A stretch of DNA of 53,433 nucleotides, taken from assembly GCA_964459265.1 (NCBI GenBank), contig CAYWKA010000003.1:1-53433 (forward strand), given 5' to 3'. Positions 16,174-24,815 of the stretch are shown piece by piece (position 1 is the first letter of the stretch; each line of letters starts with the position of its first letter). Under the pieces are notes generated by a model. That model was given only the letters and a program-made list of their open reading frames with translations, was not told the DNA's origin and did no database searches. The stretch is from an uncultured Candidatus Saccharibacteria bacterium (lineage in GTDB: Bacteria > Patescibacteriota > Minisyncoccia > Minisyncoccales > Paceibacteraceae). The position numbers were made by a program, and so were the translations under genes.

Positions 16174-18642
16174 ATGCTGAAAAACAGCCAAGTCAAATTA
16201 TTAGTTTTATTTTTGCTCCTTTTTCTTTTTTTAGGAGCATCTTTTATTTTAGCCCAAAAACCTTTAGAGGTAACTTATCCAGAACTTCCCGGAGTTAAAA
16301 CCCCCACTACCACCAAAGAGGCCCTGCCCGATTACATAAGGTATGTTTTTCATTTGGGTTTATTTTTGGCCGGCCTTTTGGCTTTCGGCTCTTTTGTCTA
16401 TGGCGGCTTCCGCTATTTAACTTCAGGTGGCTCTCCTGCCGTCCAAAAGGATGCTGTTTCTCAAATTACGTCCGGCTTTTTGGGGTTAGCTATTTTAATT
16501 TTTACCTTCGTTCTTCTTAATATGATAAATCCTCAATTAACCGCCTTTAATGTTTCTTTGCCACACGTACCCTTGAGCAATTTAGTGGTTAGTTTGCCTA
16601 AAATTGGCGCTACCAATTACTTGGAAATTCCCTTGGGAGGTTTAATTGAAAATCTCTGGGGGAGGCGAAGCCCCACCTATCCTTCGGGATTTAAGCCGAT
16701 TGACTGTTACGATTTTGACACAGACGGGATTAATCCTAGTGGTGATGCTGTTGGTCTTCTCACCAACCATGACCGTTTGGACTGCATCAAGGAACTTTCT
16801 GCTGCTATTAAGGTAAAAGCGGAAAAATTAAAAGAGCCGGTAGAAGAATTAAGCCGGTACTATACCTGCGACAACTGCTGTGAAGATTGCTGCAATAATG
16901 TTTGTTCAAACTGGGTAACTTGCGCTGATATTTGTGATGAAGGAGGAGTCTGGCCTTGGTGGCAATGGGAAAATTGCGAAGGGACTTGTTGCCAAGGCAC
17001 CCAAAATGAGGGCTGCTGGGGGAGTTGCGGGCCTTATGATTGTTGCGAAGGATTAGGAATGGACGGCTGGAAGAATTTTTGTCCGGGGCTTTGTTGTGAA
17101 TACTTTCAGGAATGTAAGTGCGAAGAATGCCTGGGCAGTATTTGTCGTTATCCTGAAGACAAGAAGACAATCTGTAATTATACTGATTTAATTATTCAAG
17201 ATTTAATTGAGCAAATTAAAGAGGCCCTGATTGAGTTTCAGGTCAAAATGGGGTTTTTCCCTTTGACTGAAAAGATGAGAAAGTCTGATAATCTTGACCT
17301 GTTATTGTCAGTTGGCAACACTAAAACTTTAATCAAAAATCTTTTGCTCTACCAAGAGCCGGGTTACAGCCAAATAGATAAAGACAAACTGAAAAATATC
17401 TTAAAAATTAAAGAAGTAATGACTTATCTTATTAACGAGTGGCCATACCGCGCACTGCTTCTTGACAACCAAAACTTAGTCAAGACAATGGCTAGAATTT
17501 TAGGTCTTTTGGAAAACGAAGTGGCCATTAACGAAATTGCCTGGATGGGAACAATAGCCGATGAAAACCAAGAATGGTTAGAATTGTATAACAATACTAA
17601 CGGCGGAATTTCGCTTGATGGCTGGCAGCTAAAAGCGGCTGACGGCAGTCCCGAGATTCCTCTCTCCGGCCAAATTCCCGCCCAGGGTTTTTATCTTTTA
17701 GAGAACGATGAATCGGCTACTAATTTACCAGCTGGCTCAATTTTTAGCGGAAATTTAAATAATGACGGTGAAATCTTGGAACTTTATGACCAGTTTGGCA
17801 ATCTGGTGGAAAGAGTTAATTGCCAGACCGGCTGGTTTGCCGGCGAAAAAAACCCGGCAACCTCAATGGAAAGAATAAATCCTCAGGGAAGAGGTTCAGA
17901 TTACGAAAACTGGCTGAATAATTTATCGAGCGATGTTAAAGAAGAGCAGAAAAAAGATTTTATTAACGGAGCAGACCAGGATGGAAATCCAATTTACGGT
18001 ACTCCCAAAGAACCCAACAGTAACGGGCTGAGAATCGCTTCTTATCCCTCCCTTGAACTTTTAGCGTATGAAATCAGCGCAAAAATAATTAGCGAGGAAG
18101 AAACAAGGGAAAAACTAATTTTGTTTTTAAGAAAAGATGAGAATCTGGAAAAAATAATGAAGGGAAACGAAGAGTTTTTAGGTGATGTTTTGATGGGCGA
18201 CGACGACAGACTAAAAAGATTGCTAAAAGAAAGAGAAGTTTTAAAAATTTTATTTGAGGATGAAGGCAATCTTAATACAATTTTAGCTGATAGCCATATT
18301 GAAGAGCTCTTCCGCCAACTTTTAAATATGGAAGAGCCAGAAAAGGATGCGGCCTGGCAGGATTTAATTGCTAATAAATTAACCGAAGTAGTAACCAATT
18401 CGAAAATCATCAGCGATTTTGAAAAAGATTTATCTTGGGTGGTGGAAGCCGGAGACATAATGCAAGAATGCGCCGAAGACCCTATTAGCATTGATCAAGC
18501 CAGAGTCCCTGAGTTTATTTCCGGCATAGTAATAGAAAAGGTCCCCGAATGGGAAGAGATCGAAACCGGCCTTAAACTTCCGGGCGAAACTGAGACCAGC
18601 CATGATCCAGCTATTTTCTATTGTCATAAACTTTTATGGTAA
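16174..18642 (+). CDS. Pilin-module fusion protein: VirB2-like N-terminal module + cysteine-dense block + lamin-tail domain (LTD)
   Basis: Signal peptide, then the pilin module (LEVTYPELPGVKTPTT...GGFRYLTSGGSPAVQKDAVSQITSGFLG...NMINPQL). About 25 Cys fall in ~150 aa (YYTCDNCCEDCCNNVCSNW...). The LTD signature is INEIAWMGTIADENQEWLELYNNTNGGISLDGWQLKAADG...GEILELYD. Confidence 0.7.
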   Translation: MLKNSQVKLLVLFLLLFLFLGASFILAQKPLEVTYPELPGVKTPTTTKEALPDYIRYVFHLGLFLAGLLAFGSFVYGGFRYLTSGGSPAVQKDAVSQITSGFLGLAILIFTFVLLNMINPQLTAFNVSLPHVPLSNLVVSLPKIGATNYLEIPLGGLIENLWGRRSPTYPSGFKPIDCYDFDTDGINPSGDAVGLLTNHDRLDCIKELSAAIKVKAEKLKEPVEELSRYYTCDNCCEDCCNNVCSNWVTCADICDEGGVWPWWQWENCEGTCCQGTQNEGCWGSCGPYDCCEGLGMDGWKNFCPGLCCEYFQECKCEECLGSICRYPEDKKTICNYTDLIIQDLIEQIKEALIEFQVKMGFFPLTEKMRKSDNLDLLLSVGNTKTLIKNLLLYQEPGYSQIDKDKLKNILKIKEVMTYLINEWPYRALLLDNQNLVKTMARILGLLENEVAINEIAWMGTIADENQEWLELYNNTNGGISLDGWQLKAADGSPEIPLSGQIPAQGFYLLENDESATNLPAGSIFSGNLNNDGEILELYDQFGNLVERVNCQTGWFAGEKNPATSMERINPQGRGSDYENWLNNLSSDVKEEQKKDFINGADQDGNPIYGTPKEPNSNGLRIASYPSLELLAYEISAKIISEEETREKLILFLRKDENLEKIMKGNEEFLGDVLMGDDDRLKRLLKEREVLKILFEDEGNLNTILADSHIEELFRQLLNMEEPEKDAAWQDLIANKLTEVVTNSKIISDFEKDLSWVVEAGDIMQECAEDPISIDQARVPEFISGIVIEKVPEWEEIETGLKLPGETETSHDPAIFYCHKLLW

Positions 18643-19934
18643 AGTTTAAAAAACAAATCGCCACAATTCTTATTCTGGCTTTTTCTCTTTCTTTAGTTCC
18701 TGATTTTTTATACAATGGAGAAAGAGAAGAGGTTGCCGCCGCAATGAGCTGCCCTTATCCGGATTGTGAGGTAGTAGAAAAAGAAGGACAAACTTATTGT
18801 ACTAATTGCCCAATTGATTGTCAGTTCGGAACAGAAATAGTTACTAATAAATCCTGTCTTCCTTTAGAAGGAACCGGAGAATGGCTTTGCGGAAAAGAAA
18901 TCCCGATTGGAGAAGTAATTGACAGAAGCGCGATTTTGGCTTCCAAAATGCTGGCCGAATTTAGCGGCATGATTGAAAATGGTCAAATAATGGTAGAAAA
19001 AACCGAAGAGATACTTCACGGTAATTCAGAAAAGGGAATCCCGGCCATTGCTGATTGGGAATGCGGAAATATATGCGCTACCAGATGTTATAAATATTTT
19101 CAGATTCCTGATCTTCTTGAACCTCCTGGTCCTGATTGGGAGCTAATTGAAGGTCCGCCGGGTCTATGCGCCAGCGGCCCTCAACCGCCTAGTATTATTG
19201 GCGCTAAAACTGACTGCCAAGAAGACGTTAGCCGATGCGAAACTTGCGCTCAATTCTTAGCTAATGAAAGTTATTGCTGGGAAACCACCTTTGCTCCTGA
19301 CCTTCTTTTCCCAGCAGATACCGTAACCTGTAAATACTGTCCTCTAAGTTGCCAGACAAAATGTTATGTTTTTCGTTGCGGGGCATATAGAGGACGACCG
19401 GGATGCTATAACTATTTTTTCCGACCAGTCATTGATGGCTATGACTACATTGAAAACGCTCAAGAAGGACTGAAAAACGATATTGATGAAAAGTATTTTG
19501 ACGAAGGAGAATTAAAGGATTTGCCAGAAAATTTTAAGTTCAAAAAGTCGTATATCTTAGAGCAGCTTGATTTTTCTCGCTGCGAACTGGCTCAATGCTG
19601 GATACCAGCTGATGAATATCAAAAGGTAATGGAGGGCGAATTGGCCGGGAAACATCTTTTAAGCTGCAGAACCGTCTCGGATGCGGACCTTTTAGAAGAT
19701 GACCAGCTTCTCTGTTTATCTTTTCAAATTGTCAACGAATGGGAGAAAATCAAAGAACTTTGGGGAGAAATGGAAGAAGCGCCTTGGTGGCGGAAACCTT
19801 TAATTTTTTTACAGATAGTTTGGGAAACAATCTTATCCGCAGGAAAATTTCTGTGGGGATTGATAAAAGAATGGTTTAACGTAGGCAAAGAAGAAGGATG
19901 CTACCCAAACAATTATTATTGTTGTTATTTCTAA
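18636..19934 (+). CDS. Secreted cysteine-rich protein (about 28 Cys), translationally coupled to the preceding gene
   Basis: The ATG overlaps the upstream stop (ATGGTAA). N-terminal hydrophobic signal ATILILAFSLSLV, Cys scattered throughout, C-terminal amphipathic stretch, and the ending CYPNNYYCCYF. Confidence 0.65.
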   Translation: MVKFKKQIATILILAFSLSLVPDFLYNGEREEVAAAMSCPYPDCEVVEKEGQTYCTNCPIDCQFGTEIVTNKSCLPLEGTGEWLCGKEIPIGEVIDRSAILASKMLAEFSGMIENGQIMVEKTEEILHGNSEKGIPAIADWECGNICATRCYKYFQIPDLLEPPGPDWELIEGPPGLCASGPQPPSIIGAKTDCQEDVSRCETCAQFLANESYCWETTFAPDLLFPADTVTCKYCPLSCQTKCYVFRCGAYRGRPGCYNYFFRPVIDGYDYIENAQEGLKNDIDEKYFDEGELKDLPENFKFKKSYILEQLDFSRCELAQCWIPADEYQKVMEGELAGKHLLSCRTVSDADLLEDDQLLCLSFQIVNEWEKIKELWGEMEEAPWWRKPLIFLQIVWETILSAGKFLWGLIKEWFNVGKEEGCYPNNYYCCYF

Positions 19935-19938
19935 AACA

Positions 19939-21390
19939 ATGAGAAAAGCGTTGTTAATATTTCTTCTTTCTTCAGTTTTTATAGCTGGTTTTTGCCTGGC
20001 AGCGGAGAGGGGATTAGAGATTGAATATCCGTCTCTGCCCGGGGTAGAAACACCAACGACCGTTAAAACTGCTCTGCCTGATTTTATCAGATACTTTTTT
20101 ACTTTTTCAATAATAATCGCTGGCGTTTTAGCTTTTGGGGCAATAGTCCTCGGCGGAATACGTTATTTAACTTCAGCAGGGGCGGCGGCGGCGATGAGTG
20201 ACGCTAAAGACCAAATTACTTCCGGCTTCCTGGGGGTAATTATTCTCCTTTCTTCTTTTTTAATTTTAAACACTATCAACCCTCAACTTATCCTTCCTGA
20301 AAAACCGCCGCTTACCCCGACTGAAAGCGGAGTCAGAATTTACTCAAACACTGACAACTGTGGAGAAACTGCGATTGACGAAGATAAAGAAATCAATTCA
20401 ATGAAAGTTTTTCAAAATCTCCCAGTATTTAAAAAAGAGAGGGAAGGGGAAATCGTTCTTGACTGGGGAAGCGATGGCGAATACCAAATTGAATCAGTTG
20501 AATTTCTTTGTGGCCCGGAAGAACTAACCGTAGAAATTTTTCCTGAGGAAGATTTTAGTGGAACTCCTTACTTACTTGATTATGAAGAATCAGAGTATAT
20601 AGAAGGAATTACTCACTGTGAAGATTTCAGCAGCAGTACTGACCACCGCTCAATTAAATTGGATTGGCATATTCCTGGAGTTTATCTTTATGCCGAAGAT
20701 GACTGTTCTGACGAACCTAAAATTTATCAAGCCAGCTCAGATACTTTGCCCGATTTTGATAACAGAACCCAAGCGATAAAATTAATCGGCGGGGACTATG
20801 ACGCTTCCTTAGGAAAATATCAGATTAGATACGGTGTAGCTTTGCACGAACATGAAAATCATCAAGGAAGAGCCGCCATATTTGATTTTGACACCGTTGT
20901 TAACGCTGTTGGCTATGGCCAATGTTATCCGATTAGTAATATCACAAGCACCGGCCAGGTTAATATGACGTTTTATGTTTCTTCAATTACGGTTTATCAA
21001 GAACCAAGATATAAAGAAGACGGCACAGAACAAATAATTGGTGCCGGGGTAAGATTTTACGAGAATAAAAACTATGCCATGCATGATGAAGGGGCAGATT
21101 GTGAATCAAAAAAGCCACCACAAATTTTTGGTGATGGCCGATCAGTCAGCAATGTAGATCCTTTAACTTACTGTGCTGACGGTTGCAGTTCGGGATGCAA
21201 TGATAAGTTTACCTCAATGGAAATGGATGGTCACTATATAGTCTTACTGTTTGAGCATGAAGATTATCAAGGCAGGTGTCAGGTTGAAACCGTCAGTAAC
21301 CCCGACTTTAGACCACACCCTATTGGTCAATGTGGCTGGCTGGGGAGGACTGATTGCTTAACTTCTTTTATCGTCAGGGCTAGAAAATAA
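19939..21390 (+). CDS. Pilin-module fusion protein with a C-terminal domain of Greek-key (beta/gamma-crystallin-like) repeats
   Basis: The N-terminal ~120 aa are paralogous to ORF 16174 (LEIEYPSLPGVETPTT...GGIRYLTSAGAAAAMSDAKDQITSGFLG...NTINPQL). C-terminal repeats fit (Y/F)xxxx(Y/F)xG...S, e.g. LLFEHEDYQGRCQVE...CLTSFIV. Confidence 0.6.
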   Translation: MRKALLIFLLSSVFIAGFCLAAERGLEIEYPSLPGVETPTTVKTALPDFIRYFFTFSIIIAGVLAFGAIVLGGIRYLTSAGAAAAMSDAKDQITSGFLGVIILLSSFLILNTINPQLILPEKPPLTPTESGVRIYSNTDNCGETAIDEDKEINSMKVFQNLPVFKKEREGEIVLDWGSDGEYQIESVEFLCGPEELTVEIFPEEDFSGTPYLLDYEESEYIEGITHCEDFSSSTDHRSIKLDWHIPGVYLYAEDDCSDEPKIYQASSDTLPDFDNRTQAIKLIGGDYDASLGKYQIRYGVALHEHENHQGRAAIFDFDTVVNAVGYGQCYPISNITSTGQVNMTFYVSSITVYQEPRYKEDGTEQIIGAGVRFYENKNYAMHDEGADCESKKPPQIFGDGRSVSNVDPLTYCADGCSSGCNDKFTSMEMDGHYIVLLFEHEDYQGRCQVETVSNPDFRPHPIGQCGWLGRTDCLTSFIVRARK

Positions 21391-21392
21391 CT

Positions 21393-21854
21393 TTAAGGAT
21401 AAGGCCTGATTACCACACTCCTTACTGGCTCTTGGCCGATGCTCTCAGTAGTAATATCTGGACGCTCAGCTAATTCTAAATGAATAATCCTTCTCTCGTA
21501 AGCCGGCATTGGTGCCAGCTGTTTTTCTTTTTTGGTGAGAGCTACTTCATCAGCCAGAGAACAAGCTAATTCTTTTAAATACTCTGTTTTCTTTTTTTTG
21601 TACCCCAGAATATCAAGGTCAATAAAAAAAGGCTCTGAGATTTTTCTTTTTAATATTGCTTTCAGGAGATGTTGAGTCTCAGCTAAGGTCTTTCCTCCCT
21701 CGCCAATTAAAATCCGGGGTTCGTCCAATTTTAAGTTGATGGGGACGGTTGAATCCTTTGGCGGCAAAACTTCCACCTCAACTTCTAAGGTCATCTTTTG
21801 GAAGAATTCCTCCGTTATTGTTTTTATTTTTTTAATATCATTCCGGCTGAGCAT
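21393..21854 (-). CDS. khpB: Jag/KhpB-type RNA-binding protein (KH + R3H)
   Basis: C-terminal R3H motif RRIIHLELAERPDITTESIG. It sits downstream of yidC, as in the conserved jag position. Confidence 0.85.
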   Translation of the reverse strand: MLSRNDIKKIKTITEEFFQKMTLEVEVEVLPPKDSTVPINLKLDEPRILIGEGGKTLAETQHLLKAILKRKISEPFFIDLDILGYKKKKTEYLKELACSLADEVALTKKEKQLAPMPAYERRIIHLELAERPDITTESIGQEPVRSVVIRPYP

Positions 21855-22569
21855 AAGTGGACTTCTTTAAAATTAGATGCTGCTGTCCAATTGAAAATAG
21901 GGCAGTTATTATCCAGTAAACGGCGATGGCGGCTGGCAATCGCCAAAGAATAAAAACGGTGAAAATCGGGAAAAGATAAAGCATTTGTTTTTGCATCATT
22001 TCGGAAAATTGGGCTGTCTTATCAGCACCAGCTGTTTTTCTGTCTTTGGGTATCATCATTTTGGACTGAAAAAATTGAGCAACACCGGCTACTAACGCTA
22101 AAATCAGACTGGCCTGACTAAGATTTATTAATCCTAAAAAATAAGGATCAATAGTCCCGGGGTGATGGACAAAACCGTAAAGCAGGTTCATTGTTTCTGG
22201 TTGAAATCCTTTCCAAAAAACTCGGTAGAGAGCAATCAAAATCGGCAGTTGAATTAAAAGAGGCAGACAGCCACCGAAAGGATTGATTTTTTCTCTCTGG
22301 TACAGTTCCATCATTTCCTTGGCCTGTTTCTCTTTATTGTCTTTGTGTTTATTTTGAATTTCTTGAATTTTGGGTTGTAACTCGGTCAATACTCTCTGGG
22401 ATTTTATTGATTTTACCATTAAAGGATAGAGGATTAATCTAATCAAAACAGTTAAAACAATCACCGCCACTCCAAAGTCGTGGCCCGGCAGATATTCATA
22501 CAGTAAAATCAAGGCATTAAACAGCGGCTGATATAAAATTGTATTAAAAGCGTTGATTAGTATGTCCAT
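21838..22569 (-). CDS. yidC: Membrane protein insertase YidC/Oxa1 (short form)
   Basis: Five-TM Oxa1 core (ILYPLMVKSIKSQRVLTELQPKIQEIQNKHKDN...NPFGGCLPLLIQLPILIALY), in rnpA-yidD-yidC synteny. Confidence 0.93.
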   Translation of the reverse strand: MDILINAFNTILYQPLFNALILLYEYLPGHDFGVAVIVLTVLIRLILYPLMVKSIKSQRVLTELQPKIQEIQNKHKDNKEKQAKEMMELYQREKINPFGGCLPLLIQLPILIALYRVFWKGFQPETMNLLYGFVHHPGTIDPYFLGLINLSQASLILALVAGVAQFFQSKMMIPKDRKTAGADKTAQFSEMMQKQMLYLFPIFTVFILWRLPAAIAVYWIITALFSIGQQHLILKKSTYAQPE

Positions 22570-22576
22570 GTTTTTA

Positions 22577-22786
22577 TCAAGGAAGATCTATTCCGCCAGG
22601 GTTCCAAGGATTACACCTAAAAACCCTTTTCATTCCCTTCCAGCTTCCTTTTAATAGGCCGTATTTTTTTATCGTTTGATAGGTATATTCTGAACAGGTT
22701 GGATAAAAACGGCAATTAAATCCTAAACTGGGCGAAATAAACTTTTGGTAAAATTTAATAATTTTTAAAATTGATTCATTAAACAT
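22577..22786 (-). CDS. yidD: Membrane protein insertion efficiency factor YidD
   Basis: FYQKFISP...[10 protein letters not shown]...RCNPW motif set; 69 aa. Confidence 0.93.
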   Translation of the reverse strand: MFNESILKIIKFYQKFISPSLGFNCRFYPTCSEYTYQTIKKYGLLKGSWKGMKRVFRCNPWNPGGIDLP

Positions 22787-22798
22787 TGAGGTAAATTT

Positions 22799-23137
22799 TT
22801 AATTCATTAAGCGTTTGGTTTTCTTAAGTAAAGTATCGATTATTTCTTCGGTTTCTTTAAAGCTCTTTGTTTCTAACCCGGGGAGGGCTACAATAATTAT
22901 ATCTAATCCTTTTTTTATTGTTTTCAATTTGGTTTTAATCAAAGCTCTTATTCTTCTTTTTATTTTGTTGCGTACTGCAGCTTTTTTTGAGATTTTCCGA
23001 GAAACAACAAACCCGAAGCGAGGTTGCGATTCTTCATTTTCAGCCACCAACAGCATTAAAAAACCTTCTTTGAATTTCTTTCCTTTTTTAAAAACATTTT
23101 CAAAGTCTTTTTTCTTTAAACCTTTGTCAACTGCCAT
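22799..23137 (-). CDS. rnpA: Ribonuclease P protein component
   Basis: Basic 112-aa protein ([24 protein letters not shown]-type RNR motif) directly downstream of rpmH. Confidence 0.9.
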   Translation of the reverse strand: MAVDKGLKKKDFENVFKKGKKFKEGFLMLLVAENEESQPRFGFVVSRKISKKAAVRNKIKRRIRALIKTKLKTIKKGLDIIIVALPGLETKSFKETEEIIDTLLKKTKRLMN

Positions 23138-23253
23138 CTTTTTTTTCTTCTCCTTTTAGCTAAAACTCGTTTTCCTCCTTTAGTCTTTTTTCTTTTTCTA
23201 AAACCGTGTGTTTTTTTTCTTTTTCGTTTTTTGGGTTGATAGGTAATGCTCAT
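23116..23253 (-). CDS. rpmH: 50S ribosomal protein L34
   Basis: An internal ATG at 23253 gives a 45-aa protein, [45 protein letters not shown]. The longer tracked ORF (to 23313) adds a non-conserved hydrophobic extension. Confidence 0.9.
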   Translation of the reverse strand: MSITYQPKKRKRKKTHGFRKRKKTKGGKRVLAKRRRKKRWQLTKV

Positions 23254-23428
23254 ATATTGAGCCGCGTTAGACGCGGCGAAGATAGAAATAAAGATAAACC
23301 CCGAAGAGGGCAAATTTCATCGACTATTTTATAGTAACAAAAATTTTATTTATGGGCAATCCCCAACTTCTCCCCAGGATATTAACAGTTCACGATATTT
23401 TTAAAGGGATTTACTGTTTATTGACTTG

Positions 23429-23437
23429 TGCTATAAT
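23429..23437 (+). promoter_or_regulatory. Extended -10 promoter-like box TGCTATAAT upstream of dnaA
   Basis: TGcTATAAT at 23429-23437, 28 nt before the ATG at 23466. Confidence 0.4.
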
Positions 23438-23465
23438 AATAAAGGTGTTTAATTGTTTCGCTACT

Positions 23466-24815
23466 ATGGAAAAAGAAGAGCTCTGGCAAGCGGTCCTGGC
23501 CCAAATCCAACTGAACATTTCCCCGGCCAATTTCGCTACCTGGTTTAAAGGAACAGAAATAAATTCCCAAAAAGAAGGGGAAGTTTTAATTTTAGTTCCT
23601 AATTCTTTTGCCAAAGAGTGGCTGGAACAAAAATATGGAAAAACTATTTTAAAAATCCTTCATAGTTTGGACGAAGATATTAAGGACGTGGAATATGAGG
23701 TTAGAAAATCTAGCTTGAAAGTCACTAAAAAAGCCTCAGTCCCTTTTTTAGAAACCGGCCAATTGGAATTTCAGGAATTTGAGGTTGATAAAGACACAAA
23801 TTTAAATCCCCGATATACTTTTGAAAGCTTTATTATTGCCCCCTTCAATGAACTGGCTCAAGCTGCTAGTTGGGCAGCAGCTAAAAACCCGGGCCAGGTT
23901 TACAATCCTTTATTTATTTACGGAGGAGTAGGATTAGGAAAGACCCATCTTTTGCAAGCTACCGGCAACGAAACAATTAAGAGCTTTCCCCAAAAAAAAG
24001 TTAAGTATATCCCTTCAGAACAATTTACCTCCGGGGTAGTTTCTTCAATTAGAAATCGCGAAGTAGAGAGTTTCCGTTCTAGATATCAAACAATTGATGT
24101 TTTAATAATTGACGACGTCCAATTTTTAGCTGGTAAGGAAAAAACTCAGGAAGAGTTTTTCCACACTTTCAATTCTTTATACGAAAAAAATAAGCAAATA
24201 ATCCTTTCTTCTGACCGACCGCCCAAAGCCATCCCGGCTTTAGCTGAAAGGTTACGTTCCAGGTTTGAAGGAGGAATGATAGCTGATATTAGTTATCCTG
24301 ACTATGAAACCAGAGTAGCTATCTTAAAAGCTAAGGGGTTGGAAAGAAAAACCGAACTCCCAGAAGAAATTTTGAATTACGTTGCCTCTAATGTCCAGAG
24401 GAACGTTAGAGAACTAGAAGGAGCTCTCAATCGACTGATAGCCTACCAGAAACTTCAAGGAACAACTCCTAATTTAGAAACTGCTAAATCCTTATTGAAA
24501 AATTTAATTGCTGCCCCGAATAAAGCAGTTACCGCCAAGAAAATAATTGAATCGGTGGCTCAGTTTTATGACTTAAAAGAGAAAGAAATTATTTCTCTTT
24601 CGCGGAAAAAAGAAATTGTTAGACCTCGTCAAATAGCTATGTATTTATTAAGAGAGGAACTAAAAGGCTCTTTTCCTTTTATCGGAAGGAAGTTTGGAGG
24701 GAAGGATCATACCACCGCCATTCATGCTTATGAAAAAATTGCTGGCGAGGTGGAAAAAAACGAAAATTTTGCTGAGGAAATTAACTTAATAAAGCAGCGA
24801 ATTCTAAGTGTCTAA
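23466..24815 (+). CDS. dnaA: Chromosomal replication initiator DnaA
   Basis: MEKEELWQAVLAQIQ... is a typical DnaA N-terminus. Also AAA+ Walker A GGVGLGKTHLL, box VII, and the C-terminal DNA-binding helix (GGKDHTTAIHAYEKI). The tracked ORF start at 23352 adds 38 non-conserved residues. Confidence 0.95.
   Translation: MEKEELWQAVLAQIQLNISPANFATWFKGTEINSQKEGEVLILVPNSFAKEWLEQKYGKTILKILHSLDEDIKDVEYEVRKSSLKVTKKASVPFLETGQLEFQEFEVDKDTNLNPRYTFESFIIAPFNELAQAASWAAAKNPGQVYNPLFIYGGVGLGKTHLLQATGNETIKSFPQKKVKYIPSEQFTSGVVSSIRNREVESFRSRYQTIDVLIIDDVQFLAGKEKTQEEFFHTFNSLYEKNKQIILSSDRPPKAIPALAERLRSRFEGGMIADISYPDYETRVAILKAKGLERKTELPEEILNYVASNVQRNVRELEGALNRLIAYQKLQGTTPNLETAKSLLKNLIAAPNKAVTAKKIIESVAQFYDLKEKEIISLSRKKEIVRPRQIAMYLLREELKGSFPFIGRKFGGKDHTTAIHAYEKIAGEVEKNENFAEEINLIKQRILSV

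Noticed and set aside
22815-23159. 114-aa plus-strand ORF antisense to rnpA. Similar antisense ORFs occur at 18042-18491, 16808-17170, 14931-15311, 35484-35834, 31597-31911 and 42318-42623.
   Set aside because: All lie inside stronger opposite-strand genes with conserved motifs. This is typical of shadow frames in AT-rich DNA.
23352-23465. 38-codon N-terminal extension of dnaA in the ORF track
   Set aside because: The extension covers the TGCTATAAT promoter-like box and is hydrophobic and non-DnaA-like. A conserved DnaA N-terminus begins at ATG 23466.
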